From Candidatus Omnitrophota bacterium (lineage in GTDB: Bacteria > Omnitrophota > Gorgyraeia > JAGLLT01): a DNA stretch of 64,000 bases. The DNA is taken from contig DAOVJY010000001.1 of assembly GCA_030632085.1 (NCBI GenBank), positions 66,125 to 130,124 of the forward strand, written 5' to 3'. Below, piece after piece: positions 1 to 9,568 of this stretch. The notes beneath the pieces are model-generated. The model was not told the origin of the DNA. It did no database searches and worked only from the letters and a program-made list of their open reading frames with translations. How positions within the stretch are numbered: the stretch's first letter is position 1; every line of letters starts with the position of its first letter. The translations under genes were made by a program, and so were the position numbers.

Positions 1-57
1 TAAAATAATAATTAAACCTAATAACATACTTACCTCCAAAAAAAGTTATCGTCAGTA

Positions 58-870
58 TTAATATGGATCTCTTACCGTGTGGGATATATTATAAATGCCG
101 CTAAGTTTGGCCCAAAATTTAAAATTATTATCTCTGTTTGTAACTTTTATCCTTCTTATAGCATAAGGGTCATCATTTGCTAAAGATTTATCAAAACCTC
201 TATTAGTCGTAAAGGCCCCCAAATACCCGGCATCTTTTAATATTTTCTGCGCCTGTATAGTATATCCCCCGGAACAGTAAGCAAAGAACTCAACCGGCTT
301 ACAGGTTAACTGTTCAAGTTTCTCTTTTGAACCGCGGAGCTCTTCGTATAATCTCACCTTTTTTAAAGAAGGAACATATTTTTCATTTAATGTATGGCTG
401 GCAATAACAATTCCGTCCTTTTGCATCTGCCTGATTTCATCAACGCTTAAATAATCTTCTTCGCCTATTTTGTTAACAACTACAAATATAACCGCCGAAA
501 ACCCATTCTCTTTAAGCACGGGGTAAGCATAGGTATAGTTATTTTTATAACCATCATCAAAGGTAAGCATTACCAGGTTCTTAGCGGACTTCTCTTTACC
601 ATCTTTAAGTATCTGTGAATACTCATAAGGAGTAATAACCTTATAGTTATTGCTCTTTATAAAATTCATCTGCTCTTTGAAGCGTTCCGGGGTAACATTA
701 ACCGTATTTCCATCCTCCGGAGGGCTTATATTATGATACATAAGAATAGGTATATCGTAGTGGTTTGCCCTCACGCAAAAATAACCGGCCGCGAGCCCGA
801 TAACCAACAAGAGAATACTTATTATAGTAACCTTCAAGACAACTCTTAGTAATTTTAATAAAACAGCCAT
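58..870 (-). CDS. polysaccharide deacetylase family protein (NodB homology domain) with N-terminal membrane anchor
   Basis: 270-aa ORF; LTFDDGY motif typical of NodB-type deacetylases; N-terminal hydrophobic helix. Confidence 0.75.
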   Translation of the reverse strand: MAVLLKLLRVVLKVTIISILLLVIGLAAGYFCVRANHYDIPILMYHNISPPEDGNTVNVTPERFKEQMNFIKSNNYKVITPYEYSQILKDGKEKSAKNLVMLTFDDGYKNNYTYAYPVLKENGFSAVIFVVVNKIGEEDYLSVDEIRQMQKDGIVIASHTLNEKYVPSLKKVRLYEELRGSKEKLEQLTCKPVEFFAYCSGGYTIQAQKILKDAGYLGAFTTNRGFDKSLANDDPYAIRRIKVTNRDNNFKFWAKLSGIYNISHTVRDPY

Positions 871-881
871 ATAATTCTATC

Positions 882-2351
882 CTATCTTTTTTTAGGCTTC
901 GAAAAATGAGCCATAGCATAACTAATTAAAGCCACCATAAGCAAAACTCCCCAGCCCATAACAAGAATAACGCTCCGGGGGTAATCTTCATAAGGGGTTT
1001 TTAAATCAGAATACAGAGATGTCGCTAAAAGAAAAATGAGCAATGTGGGTATTATATACTTAATCAAATAACTCCACCACACCCCTATCCTTATTTCAGA
1101 AACATCATTTATATACTTTCTTAACTTCTCGGCTCCGTATATCCATCCGACCGCGATAACTTCAAGAAGGCCTACAAAAACCAAACCATAACTGGTGATA
1201 AAATGATCAACTATATCCAGGTAATATAAACCGGCAGTCGTCGTAAATACCACCCCGCTCAAAAAACCAAAAACACAAACATATAAAGATACATCTTCCC
1301 TTCTTAAATGAGTATATTTATCACTAACTACCGTGGTTACAGCCTCAACTAAAGAAAAAGCGCTATCAATGCCCAGTGTAATAAGCATCAGGAAAAATAA
1401 GGCCGCGAAAACGGGGGCACCGGGAATCAAAGATAATGCCTGCGGGAAAACAATAAAAGCAAGTTTAGGCCCGGAAGCCGCTAAAGTATGAACCGGAATA
1501 TTCTGCTGAACACTCATATAGCCGAGTGTCGCAAAAACAGCAAAACCGGCAACAATAGAAATGCAGGAATTAACAACCGATATAACTACCGCGTTTTTCG
1601 CGATATCGCTTTCCTCATGCTGATAGCTGGCATAGGCGATCATAACCCCAAAGGCCAGGCTTAAGGTAAAAAATATCTGGCTCATGGCTGCCGACCAAAC
1701 TTCAGGATCTAATATAGCCGCCCAATTGGGTTTTAAGTAGTAAGCTATACCATCATCGGCACCCGGAAGCGTTACCACTCTCGCGACCAATACTACCAAG
1801 AGGATTATAGGTAAAGGCATTGTCAAAGTTACAACCTTACTGACACTCTTAATCCCCTTCCATATAGAAAAATATATTAAAAACCAAACTATAATAAGAG
1901 CTACCAATATAGAACTGACGATAACGCCGCTCTCAAAAGGACTACTACTTAATCTGATTACATCTTCAGTGAAGAACTTGGCTGTCTGATCGCCCCAAGC
2001 CAGGTTAAAGGAAAATTTAAAATATAATAACGACCAGGCCATAACAACCGCGTAGTAACTAACTACCACAAAACCGCACAAAACGGCTCCGAAGCCTATT
2101 GACGAAAGCATATGTTTTATTTTACCGAAAGAACCGCTAGCCCCCAACTGCATACGCTGGCCTATAGCAAATTCCATCATTAGCAATGGAATTCCCATCA
2201 AGACAAGCATAACAACATAGGGAATTAAAAAAGCTCCTCCCCCATACTTTCCGGCCAAGTAAGGAAATCTCCAGACATTACCCAAACCAACGGCTGAACC
2301 AACTGCCGCGAATATAAATATCAGCCTTGAACTCCAACGAACTCTTCCCAT
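882..2351 (-). CDS. sodium-dependent transporter, neurotransmitter:sodium symporter (NSS/SNF) family
   Basis: 489-aa polytopic ORF; N-terminal GNVWRFPYLAGKYGGGAFL signature of the NSS family. Confidence 0.85.
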   Translation of the reverse strand: MGRVRWSSRLIFIFAAVGSAVGLGNVWRFPYLAGKYGGGAFLIPYVVMLVLMGIPLLMMEFAIGQRMQLGASGSFGKIKHMLSSIGFGAVLCGFVVVSYYAVVMAWSLLYFKFSFNLAWGDQTAKFFTEDVIRLSSSPFESGVIVSSILVALIIVWFLIYFSIWKGIKSVSKVVTLTMPLPIILLVVLVARVVTLPGADDGIAYYLKPNWAAILDPEVWSAAMSQIFFTLSLAFGVMIAYASYQHEESDIAKNAVVISVVNSCISIVAGFAVFATLGYMSVQQNIPVHTLAASGPKLAFIVFPQALSLIPGAPVFAALFFLMLITLGIDSAFSLVEAVTTVVSDKYTHLRREDVSLYVCVFGFLSGVVFTTTAGLYYLDIVDHFITSYGLVFVGLLEVIAVGWIYGAEKLRKYINDVSEIRIGVWWSYLIKYIIPTLLIFLLATSLYSDLKTPYEDYPRSVILVMGWGVLLMVALISYAMAHFSKPKKR

Positions 2352-2432
2352 TCGCTCTCCTTCGCTTACTTAATTTATTCAATTATATCAAATGATTGGT
2401 ATTTTTTCAAGCCGCTTCATATATATTATTAC

Positions 2433-2467
2433 CCCACTGTTCTACCGCGGCGGTGGAACAGTGGGGT
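2433..2467. repeat. long perfect-stem palindrome CCCCACTGTTCTACCGC-G-GCGGTGGAACAGTGGGG (17-bp stem), member of GGTGGAACAG hairpin family
   Basis: read directly from sequence in the divergent intergenic region; related copies near 31168 and 32353. Confidence 0.6.
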
Positions 2468-2496
2468 TTGGTCGGTTTTGTAAATATTTAAATTTT
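2468..2496 (+). promoter_or_regulatory. sigma70-like promoter TTGTAA-17-TATAAT with TG extension, upstream of prepilin gene
   Basis: TTGTAA at 2468, 17-nt spacer ending in TGG, TATAAT at 2491; AGAGGT RBS before ATG 2526. Confidence 0.5.
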
Positions 2497-2525
2497 ATGG
2501 TATAATATTTATAGAGGTACAGAAA

Positions 2526-3065
2526 ATGCGAAAAAAAGGTTTTTCTCTGATAGAGTTAATGATTGTACTTGTTATAATTGGACTGCTTATTAGCCTTATA
2601 TTCCCGGCGGCAAAAAAAGCCCGTGATGGCGCCCTGCAGAGGCAGTGCGCTAATAACCTTAATCAAATAGGAGTTGCCCTTATTCTTTACGCTAAAGACA
2701 ATAATGGAAAATTCCCGGATCCAGTTGCTGAATACGGCGGCGATAGCGACGCTTATAGATATGCCGCTACACTGGTTAGTGAAGAATATCTGCCTGATGA
2801 TGATAAAATCTTTGACTGCCCGGGAAGCCCGCATATAGGCACAAAAGATGATCCTGATTATTTGTATGGGAATACCATAGATAACTATAATAAAGACGGA
2901 ACCTCTGCCGGACTAAACCCTGACTATCCTTATACCGTCTATACGCCATCGGAAAGAATACTCTGCGGCTGCAATAATTTAGGTAATCCTGACTACGAAG
3001 GCCCGCACACAAAGGGTATTAATTATCTCAATATAGCCGGGCGTGTATATTGGGAAGAAGATTAA
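2526..3065 (+). CDS. prepilin-type N-terminal cleavage/methylation domain protein with C-terminal H-X9-DG-like (DUF1559-type) motif
   Basis: N-terminus GFSLIELMIVLVIIGLL is a classic type IV pilin-like leader and hydrophobic helix; C-terminal HTKGINYLNIAGRV fits the HxxGxNxxxxDG pattern of the DUF1559 family. Confidence 0.75.
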   Translation: MRKKGFSLIELMIVLVIIGLLISLIFPAAKKARDGALQRQCANNLNQIGVALILYAKDNNGKFPDPVAEYGGDSDAYRYAATLVSEEYLPDDDKIFDCPGSPHIGTKDDPDYLYGNTIDNYNKDGTSAGLNPDYPYTVYTPSERILCGCNNLGNPDYEGPHTKGINYLNIAGRVYWEED

Positions 3066-3073
3066 TTACAGGA

Positions 3074-4219
3074 CTATCCCGAATCTGTTACTAAAAGATT
3101 GTCCTTAGAAAAAATGTCATATGCCTTATCCAGGGCCGCTATAAACTTCAAGCCCAATATCCTGAAAAACACAGCAATAGGCAATAAAAGCATATTAGCG
3201 ATAAAATAGGCGCAAATTACAGCCGCGATACCAATTAATCCAAAAATAAACCCGACAACTACCTTAAGCCCTAACGGCAGTAAGCTTAAAATCCCCATAG
3301 CAAGCATAAAAAGTAAGGCTCCCAAAAGCATCACTACAATAACGAAAATTAGAACAATTAACCCTGTAGCGATAGCTGCCGCGATACCTAAGCCGCAACT
3401 TATAAAAAAGAAAGCCGCGCAATTACCTATATTCTTTTTAAGAAGCGCGCCTGCCTCATTCCATGAAGAGATAAAAGCCTGCTTCTTTTTATACATAATG
3501 GGGGTAACTAAATTCTCAACAAAGAAATATATTAAGCCCGCCGCCAATAAAAGCAGTATACATAAAGCGATATGAGGCATAACGCTTCCGGCCGCTTTAA
3601 AAAATTTAACATCGGCATTTTGATTAAATACTCCCACCGCTTTCAAGGAAACATAACCCCTGAAAATAATCAGCCCCAGAAACCCTAAATAGGCAATGCC
3701 ATAAAATAAATAAAAAAGAAACAACTTATTTCCTATAAACTTATTATTAGCCCAGGGCAGTTTTATCGAGCCGTCATTTTTTATTATATCCTCAATAAAT
3801 ATAAACCTAAACCTTGAACTGAGCCAGGTAAATATAACCATAATAAATAAGAATATTACACCTACAATGCTGACAACGATATATCCGGCCGCTTCATTAA
3901 ATATCCCTTTTGACTCATTGATAGAGCTTTGAGACTCAAGCGGTTCCTGTTCTAATAAGGCGGGCATAACCTCAGTGCTCTCATCTGCTTCAGCAAAACC
4001 TGAAGGCTGAAATATCATTCCGGCAGAGGGGCAACTTCTAACGGCATTATCATTTGTTTTATTACCCGGGAAATTTAAATTCATATTAAAACTTAAATAT
4101 CCGGCCATGATCGCGATAAAAGTTAAAGCGATCCATTTCCTAAGATTAAAAGTTTTAAACAAAACATTAACCATCCAATCAAAAGAATCTTTTATAATAT
4201 TACCAAAGGAAATATCCAT
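3074..4219 (-). CDS. hypothetical polytopic membrane protein
   Basis: 381-aa ORF with multiple long hydrophobic segments; no recognisable catalytic motif. Confidence 0.5.
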   Translation of the reverse strand: MDISFGNIIKDSFDWMVNVLFKTFNLRKWIALTFIAIMAGYLSFNMNLNFPGNKTNDNAVRSCPSAGMIFQPSGFAEADESTEVMPALLEQEPLESQSSINESKGIFNEAAGYIVVSIVGVIFLFIMVIFTWLSSRFRFIFIEDIIKNDGSIKLPWANNKFIGNKLFLFYLFYGIAYLGFLGLIIFRGYVSLKAVGVFNQNADVKFFKAAGSVMPHIALCILLLLAAGLIYFFVENLVTPIMYKKKQAFISSWNEAGALLKKNIGNCAAFFFISCGLGIAAAIATGLIVLIFVIVVMLLGALLFMLAMGILSLLPLGLKVVVGFIFGLIGIAAVICAYFIANMLLLPIAVFFRILGLKFIAALDKAYDIFSKDNLLVTDSG

Positions 4220-4241
4220 TAACGCCCTCCTTTAATACTTC

Positions 4242-5912
4242 TCAGACTATAGGATTATCCCTATTTTCATCTGTCCCCTCTTCATCTTCACTTGGAGGTT
4301 TAGGTTTATCTTCAGATGCATCGGGCAGCTTCAACTCATCTTCCGAATTTATATCCGGCATCTTTAAATCTCCCTCATTAATTTCCGGCATTGAAGGATT
4401 CTTAGGCTCCGCGATATCCTCTTCAGGAGGTTCGGGTTCATTCTCTTTTGGTTTTTCAGGTTCTATGGATGGTTGCTGAGGAGGCAGCTCCTCTTTCTTT
4501 GGTTCTTCCGCGGGTTTTTCACCCGCTAAACTACCACCGGATAAAATAATTTCATCATCATCCGGCACTTTCCCCTGAAGCTCCGGCTTGGCCGGCTCCT
4601 CTTGCTGAAGTTTATCGCTATCTAAAGATCCCATGGTCTTATTGCTTACATCGGGAAACGGCACACCCTCCGCGGCGGAGTCTGCGGCCCGCGCCTGTTT
4701 ACTAAAAGCCGAAGTTTTATCAAGTTTTATCTCTTGCTCTTCCGCGGTTATCGTTGGCTCAGATAATACCTGTTCATCATCAACATTACTCATATGACCG
4801 GAAACAGCGGCAAGTTTCTCATATATCGGCCAGTCTATAAAAGCTAATATCATCAAAAACACAAGCACTACTAATCCATTTACAACAGGGATTAATAATA
4901 AAAATGCCGGCGCCGGTGAAAAACCGGCTTTCCTTAAAATGCGGGCAAAGAACCAAACACACAAAAGACTCACAAGAACAAAGGGGATTAAAATAATTAT
5001 AGCCATTCCCCCCATAAGGGCAAGTATTGTATTGAAAGAAAAATCCAGTGGACTTGAAATCGTACTGGAAGCTAGCGTCTCATCCAATGAAGCGGCTACA
5101 GCAGTTCCAACCGCCGGAACAAAGGTTATAGTTATCTCTTTGTTTGTCTCAATCATCATCCCCTCAAGGTCTTTAAATATCGCTTGAGCCTGCTGAGCGC
5201 TTTGAGCAGCCTGCAGTTGAGTGAGAACCTCCGGCTTATCCAGAATTTTATCAAATTCAATATCAAACAAAGTGATAGTATTACCGCGTACATGCCGCGC
5301 GTTAGTGGAAATTATCTTACCGTTAACTTCAACTAATCCCGCGAAGTGCATTCCGGTAAACATCTGCTTCATCATAGCCGCTTCGGTAGCTGAAGGTTTT
5401 TTAACCTCCGCTTGCTCCGCGGCGGCGTCAGCCTTAGCGGAATCTTCCTGTGGAATCATAATTTTCAAAGTAGGCTTATTTCCTGACTTATCAAAACTAA
5501 AAGTGACAAACTTCTCATCCTGATCTGGACCTTGAGCCCCTTCCATCTCGGGGGCATCTCCCTGCTTAATCTTTATCTTTGTTACATCATCAAATTCAAA
5601 AACCGCCTGAGCATATACCGCTTTATCATTAGAGGAAGTTTTAAAATCAATTAATTTGACATTCTGCCCATATTCAGCGGCTTTTTCTACAAAGTCTTTC
5701 TCCTTAAAGAGATCTTTCTCACCTATAAGCTGTCCCTCTCCGGCGGGAATCATCTGCTGCATCTGTTTGATGACTTCTTTGCTCATTCCCATAGTCTCGG
5801 TTATAATACCTGAACCATCACCGTTAACTGTAACCTTGGTCGTTGAATCAATGCAGCCTGAGATTGCTAATGAAATAATTATTACAGATAGTAAAAGTAA
5901 CCGCCTTCTCAT
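4242..5912 (-). CDS. hypothetical lipoprotein with C-terminal two-helix membrane domain and Pro/Glu-rich acidic tail
   Basis: lipobox ISGC; C-terminal membrane domain ARILRKAGFSPAPAFLLLIPVVNGL...WPIYEKL paralogous to ORF 5924..6190; PEPEPPEE-rich tail. Confidence 0.5.
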   Translation of the reverse strand: MRRRLLLLSVIIISLAISGCIDSTTKVTVNGDGSGIITETMGMSKEVIKQMQQMIPAGEGQLIGEKDLFKEKDFVEKAAEYGQNVKLIDFKTSSNDKAVYAQAVFEFDDVTKIKIKQGDAPEMEGAQGPDQDEKFVTFSFDKSGNKPTLKIMIPQEDSAKADAAAEQAEVKKPSATEAAMMKQMFTGMHFAGLVEVNGKIISTNARHVRGNTITLFDIEFDKILDKPEVLTQLQAAQSAQQAQAIFKDLEGMMIETNKEITITFVPAVGTAVAASLDETLASSTISSPLDFSFNTILALMGGMAIIILIPFVLVSLLCVWFFARILRKAGFSPAPAFLLLIPVVNGLVVLVFLMILAFIDWPIYEKLAAVSGHMSNVDDEQVLSEPTITAEEQEIKLDKTSAFSKQARAADSAAEGVPFPDVSNKTMGSLDSDKLQQEEPAKPELQGKVPDDDEIILSGGSLAGEKPAEEPKKEELPPQQPSIEPEKPKENEPEPPEEDIAEPKNPSMPEINEGDLKMPDINSEDELKLPDASEDKPKPPSEDEEGTDENRDNPIV

Positions 5913-5923
5913 ACGGATCTCCT

Positions 5924-6190
5924 TTATTTATTACTGTTATCTATTGTTCCCTGACTTAACTTTTCATATATAGGCCATTTACCAAAAGCCAGCATAATAA
6001 TGATAATTAATGCTGCCAGTTGGCCTAAGCCCGGCACTAAAATTAAAAGGCTTAGAGGCCCGGGATAACCTGCTTTTTTTAATATCTGCCAGAAGCAAGT
6101 TATGACAAGGGCGGTAATAGCCAGCGCAAATATAAATATAAAGACCAGACCTATTCCAAAATCACCTGCCGCACATTGACTATAATCCAT
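5924..6190 (-). CDS. small membrane protein, paralog of the C-terminal membrane domain of the upstream lipoprotein
   Basis: WQILKKAGYPGPLSLLILVPGLGQ...WPIYEKL aligns with the C-terminal region of ORF 4242..5912. Confidence 0.5.
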   Translation of the reverse strand: MDYSQCAAGDFGIGLVFIFIFALAITALVITCFWQILKKAGYPGPLSLLILVPGLGQLAALIIIIMLAFGKWPIYEKLSQGTIDNSNK

Positions 6191-6229
6191 TATATAACCT
6201 CCTGTTTAAACTTTTAGCCAAATAAGGGT

Positions 6230-6480
6230 TAAGACATAAGTACAAAGTCACAAGGCATAAGTCATAAGAAACAAACAAACACCAATAACCAAGAAACAAT
6301 AACCAAATAATAACCAATGACCAAATTCGAATAACCAAACTAAAACAAGAAAAACTGTTTGATTATTGTTTTTCTACTCGCTAGCCGCTAATAAATATTC
6401 GCTTTTTGCTGAAAGCTGATGGCTGAAAGCTGAAGACTATAAGCCATTTGCTATTAGCCTTTCTAACTTTAGCCGTTTTA
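6230..6480. repeat. mosaic AT-rich intergenic repeat element (ACAAG/ATAAGTCACAAG-rich, shares 64-bp module with 60490..60555)
   Basis: module CCAAATAATAACCAATGACCAAATTCGAATAACCAAACTAAAACAAGAAAAACTGTTTGATTATTG at 6303..6368 matches 60490..60555 with one mismatch; TTTTTGCTGAAAGCTGA at 6403..6419 is reverse complement of 60439..60455. Confidence 0.6.
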
Positions 6481-6705
6481 TGTTATTATAACACAAAATA
6501 AAAGCCTTGATGCTGATTTTGTGTTTATTCACATATAAACGCTATCTCTAACTTTTGTATTAACGATATTTAATTATAGCATATACTTTTAAAAAATTTA
6601 AAATTATCAAGAAAAAAGGCATATCTAATTAAAGATACGCCTTGGTTTTCTTTTTATGTCAGGATGCCTTATTCATATACAATCTGATGTAAATGATAGC
6701 CTCAT

Positions 6706-7128
6706 TTAGAGGCTTAACTCTCTCTCAAGCACTCTATCAGCGTCCATAAAAGACAAGCCGGTATCGTATCCTGATTTTATTTTAGCGGTCGGAGAAGTCC
6801 AAATAATCTTGGCACAATACTCTCTGTTTTTCAGCGATTTTTTCAAAAATCTCATCTTAATTCTTAGGCCGACATTTAAATTGCGGTTTAACGGTTCATC
6901 CATCTCTACTTTAAGATGGCAGTCCCTATTAAATATCCAACCCGCGCATTTATCACAGGTTGAGCAGTTCCAACCGGAAGGCCATTTTAGACGAACTCCA
7001 CCGCTTGAAATATCAGATGCCTTTACCTTTATTAAACCTGTGAGAGGAGTTATAAAGTTACGTTTAACCAATTGACATTCTACGGCCAAATCCATATTAG
7101 TTCTTTTAGAACTACGTTTTTCATGCAT
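6706..7128 (-). CDS. PilZ domain protein (c-di-GMP binding) with Cys-rich C-terminal part
   Basis: SKRTNMDLAVE ... DISSGGVRL matches the RxxxR and D/NxSxxG motifs of PilZ. Confidence 0.6.
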   Translation of the reverse strand: MHEKRSSKRTNMDLAVECQLVKRNFITPLTGLIKVKASDISSGGVRLKWPSGWNCSTCDKCAGWIFNRDCHLKVEMDEPLNRNLNVGLRIKMRFLKKSLKNREYCAKIIWTSPTAKIKSGYDTGLSFMDADRVLERELSL

Positions 7129-7270
7129 TAGTTTATCCTTTAATAATAAATATGTTAAATATAGACAAAAAAATATGACCTTATAGTATCTGCCAATACA
7201 TTAGCACCTATATTTTGTTATGTCAATAGTAATATATTGTCTTTTTGAGGTAAAATCACTACTTAGGGTT

Positions 7271-7522
7271 TTACTTAAGGGCTCTGACTGAATTTCTGAT
7301 CATAAGCTTCGCTTTAAAAGTGATATGTTTAGCTTTAAACTTATGCTCGGCAGATTGCTCAAGAAAAAGCCGGGCGGCTTGCTTGCCAATATCTACTAAT
7401 GGCTGACTGACTTTAGTAAGGCGCGGAGTTACGTGGATAGCCTCCAAAGAATCATCAAAGCTCACTGTAGAAATTTTCAATTGCCTGTGATACGTGATGA
7501 TAAAACAATAAAAGACGCCTTC
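7271..7522 (-). pseudogene. LacI-family transcriptional regulator, C-terminal fragment only
   Basis: translation ISTVSFDDSLEAIHVTPRLTKVSQPLVDIGKQAARLFLEQ resembles the last ~80 aa of LacI/GalR ligand-binding domains; no HTH or N-terminal sugar-binding part; frame starts right after a stop. Confidence 0.5.
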
Positions 7523-7554
7523 TTAAAAAATAACTTACGCATAAGGCTAAACTA

Positions 7555-8919
7555 CTACTCCTCTTTTTTAAGAAAACCCTTTGACTTAGTGGGAATTTGA
7601 TTAAATAATTCAGATACGGCTTTATAGCCCGGTTTGGGGTCGCGATAACCGGTCACTATTCCCCAGTGTTCTTCGATATGATCATCTAAAACAGATGGTT
7701 CCCCGGCTTTCCACCAACCGTCTGACCACTGAAAAATGATTATACCCGCTGTGTGTTCATTGGTAATCTCTATTTGCGATTTTAAAACCTCATATTGTAA
7801 TTCTTCGTTGATATAAGTACTGTATCCGGTCTCCATAATAACAACCGGCTTATTATATTCAACGGATATATTCCGTATATTAGTAACGGCTTCTCTGGCT
7901 TTGGCTAATCCCAGCCACTGCCCGTGGCCTCCAATATAAGCGTTAAGCCCAATAACATCCAAAAAATCAAAGCCGACATCGGTTCCTATGTGCCCCAGCA
8001 TATTTGAGGCGGTTACAAGATGATCAGGATCAGCTTCTTTAACGGCATCATAGATACCCTTCAGGAAAGTATTGACACCTTCGAATCCATAGCGCTTGAC
8101 CACATTCCCACCGTGTTTACCCCAGGTAAAAGGAGCATCGTTCCAGATACTCCACATAAGAATACATTTTCTATCTTTATCTCTTTTCACAATCCTTAAG
8201 GCCTCTTCCTGAAGATCCTTTAATTCATCGTTTGATTTAAAATCGGTCCAGTCTCCGGGATAAACTATATTTTCAATTACCATTATATTATATTTATCAG
8301 CTAAATCTAATATTTCAGGCGGTAGCGGTTCGTAAGTTCTGATACAGTTTATACCTGACTCTTGCATCATTTGAAAATCTTTTTCAAAAACTTCAGGCGG
8401 TATTCTATAATAACCGCCCATACCCCCTAAGCAACCGGGATAATTAATGCCGTAAGCAACGCCTTTTACGAAAAAGAGCTCGTCGTTAACATAAACACGG
8501 CCGCCTTTGGTATAAATTCTGCCATCCGCAACGGCTTCTTCAATAATTGCGTCTATATCATCATTCTCAAAGATCTCAAAAGCGTCTTGTATATCTTCCT
8601 CAATTCGTCTAGACTCTTTCTGGGCGGACCAATGACTTCGCAATGCTTCGTTTTCCTGAGCCGAGGCCGGAACAACTTTATCAATCTGTGAAGCCGGATA
8701 GGTAATCTCTCCTATCTTAAGCTCTATAGTCACATCACCGGAGCTTTTCATTACAATAACTCCCTTGATGATTCGGCCGTTTTTTAGATGCAGCTCATCA
8801 CCAGAAGCCGAAAAAGAAAATGACCCAATAAAAAATAGAGCTAAAAATATAAATACTATTATTTTTTTCATATTAAACACGTTTTTCCCCGGGATAATTA
8901 AGCATATCATATAGACCAA
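7555..8919 (-). CDS. secreted glycoside hydrolase, TIM-barrel type (GH5/GH2-like)
   Basis: signal peptide; GINCIRTYEPLP, ILMWSIWNDAPF and IMETGYS segments resemble the conserved NEP/catalytic Glu regions of clan GH-A hydrolases. Confidence 0.5.
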   Translation of the reverse strand: MVYMICLIIPGKNVFNMKKIIVFIFLALFFIGSFSFSASGDELHLKNGRIIKGVIVMKSSGDVTIELKIGEITYPASQIDKVVPASAQENEALRSHWSAQKESRRIEEDIQDAFEIFENDDIDAIIEEAVADGRIYTKGGRVYVNDELFFVKGVAYGINYPGCLGGMGGYYRIPPEVFEKDFQMMQESGINCIRTYEPLPPEILDLADKYNIMVIENIVYPGDWTDFKSNDELKDLQEEALRIVKRDKDRKCILMWSIWNDAPFTWGKHGGNVVKRYGFEGVNTFLKGIYDAVKEADPDHLVTASNMLGHIGTDVGFDFLDVIGLNAYIGGHGQWLGLAKAREAVTNIRNISVEYNKPVVIMETGYSTYINEELQYEVLKSQIEITNEHTAGIIIFQWSDGWWKAGEPSVLDDHIEEHWGIVTGYRDPKPGYKAVSELFNQIPTKSKGFLKKEE

Positions 8920-8965
8920 AAAAAGTCAACTTTGTGAAATTTATAGTATATACTTGGTATAAGGC

Positions 8966-8993
8966 TTGACATTGATTATATATCGGTTATAAT
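8966..8993 (+). promoter_or_regulatory. sigma70-like promoter TTGACA-16-TATAAT upstream of ORF 9021..9563
   Basis: consensus -35 and -10 hexamers with 16-nt spacer; GGAG RBS before ATG 9021. Confidence 0.5.
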
Positions 8994-9020
8994 CAATCCA
9001 ACTTTTTAAAGGAGTTTATA

Positions 9021-9563
9021 ATGAACTTGGAAGAGCTTTGGCAAAAAGCCCTTGAAAAAACGGAAATACACAGAGCGCGCTTAAATAGGCTGCATACACT
9101 TAAAACCACGGAACTCCCTTATGTTCTCTTGGCGGAATCCTCGGTGAACGAAGGTGATACTGTAGTAAGAAAAGGCTCTATTAAGGTGGACAAACCGATT
9201 ATTGTCATGCCTGAACATTACCCGATGTTTGATGGTTTTAATTTTAAGGAAGATTTGGATGTCAGTGATGATAACTTAAGGTCTTTTCTTTTGATGAGAG
9301 GTATAAGCTTACCTTCCCTAAAATATTCCAACAACACATACTCGGTTGAAGTTTATGAAGGGTCTTTAAGTAAGGCCATCGCCCACTATAAGAATTTACT
9401 GCAGAAACAGGAAGATGTTCGCCTGGGCCTGGTTATCGGGCCGGATGAGGCTTGGAAGTTTTCATTGGTAATCTATGTCGCCTCTATGATTTCAAAATCG
9501 GCTCAAAGCGACATTAAATCCTTCCTGGACAAACTTAAAAAAGACGATTTAGATAACCGGTAA
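9021..9563 (+). CDS. hypothetical protein
   Basis: 180-aa ORF with strong promoter and RBS; no motif recognised. Confidence 0.5.
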   Translation: MNLEELWQKALEKTEIHRARLNRLHTLKTTELPYVLLAESSVNEGDTVVRKGSIKVDKPIIVMPEHYPMFDGFNFKEDLDVSDDNLRSFLLMRGISLPSLKYSNNTYSVEVYEGSLSKAIAHYKNLLQKQEDVRLGLVIGPDEAWKFSLVIYVASMISKSAQSDIKSFLDKLKKDDLDNR

Positions 9564-9568
9564 TCTGC

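Noticed and set aside
2556-3012. ORFs 2556..2834 and 2776..3012 on the minus strand
   Set aside because: Lie entirely antisense to the well-supported prepilin gene; no motif; typical shadow ORFs in AT-rich DNA.
4939-5973. Plus-strand ORFs 4939..5187, 5221..5523, 5656..5973
   Set aside because: Antisense to the 556-aa lipoprotein gene, low-complexity Ser/Ile-rich translations, no start context.
6230-6480. CRISPR array in the ACAAG-rich repeat regions
   Set aside because: No regularly spaced identical direct repeats with unique spacers; repeats are irregular, AT-rich and mosaic.
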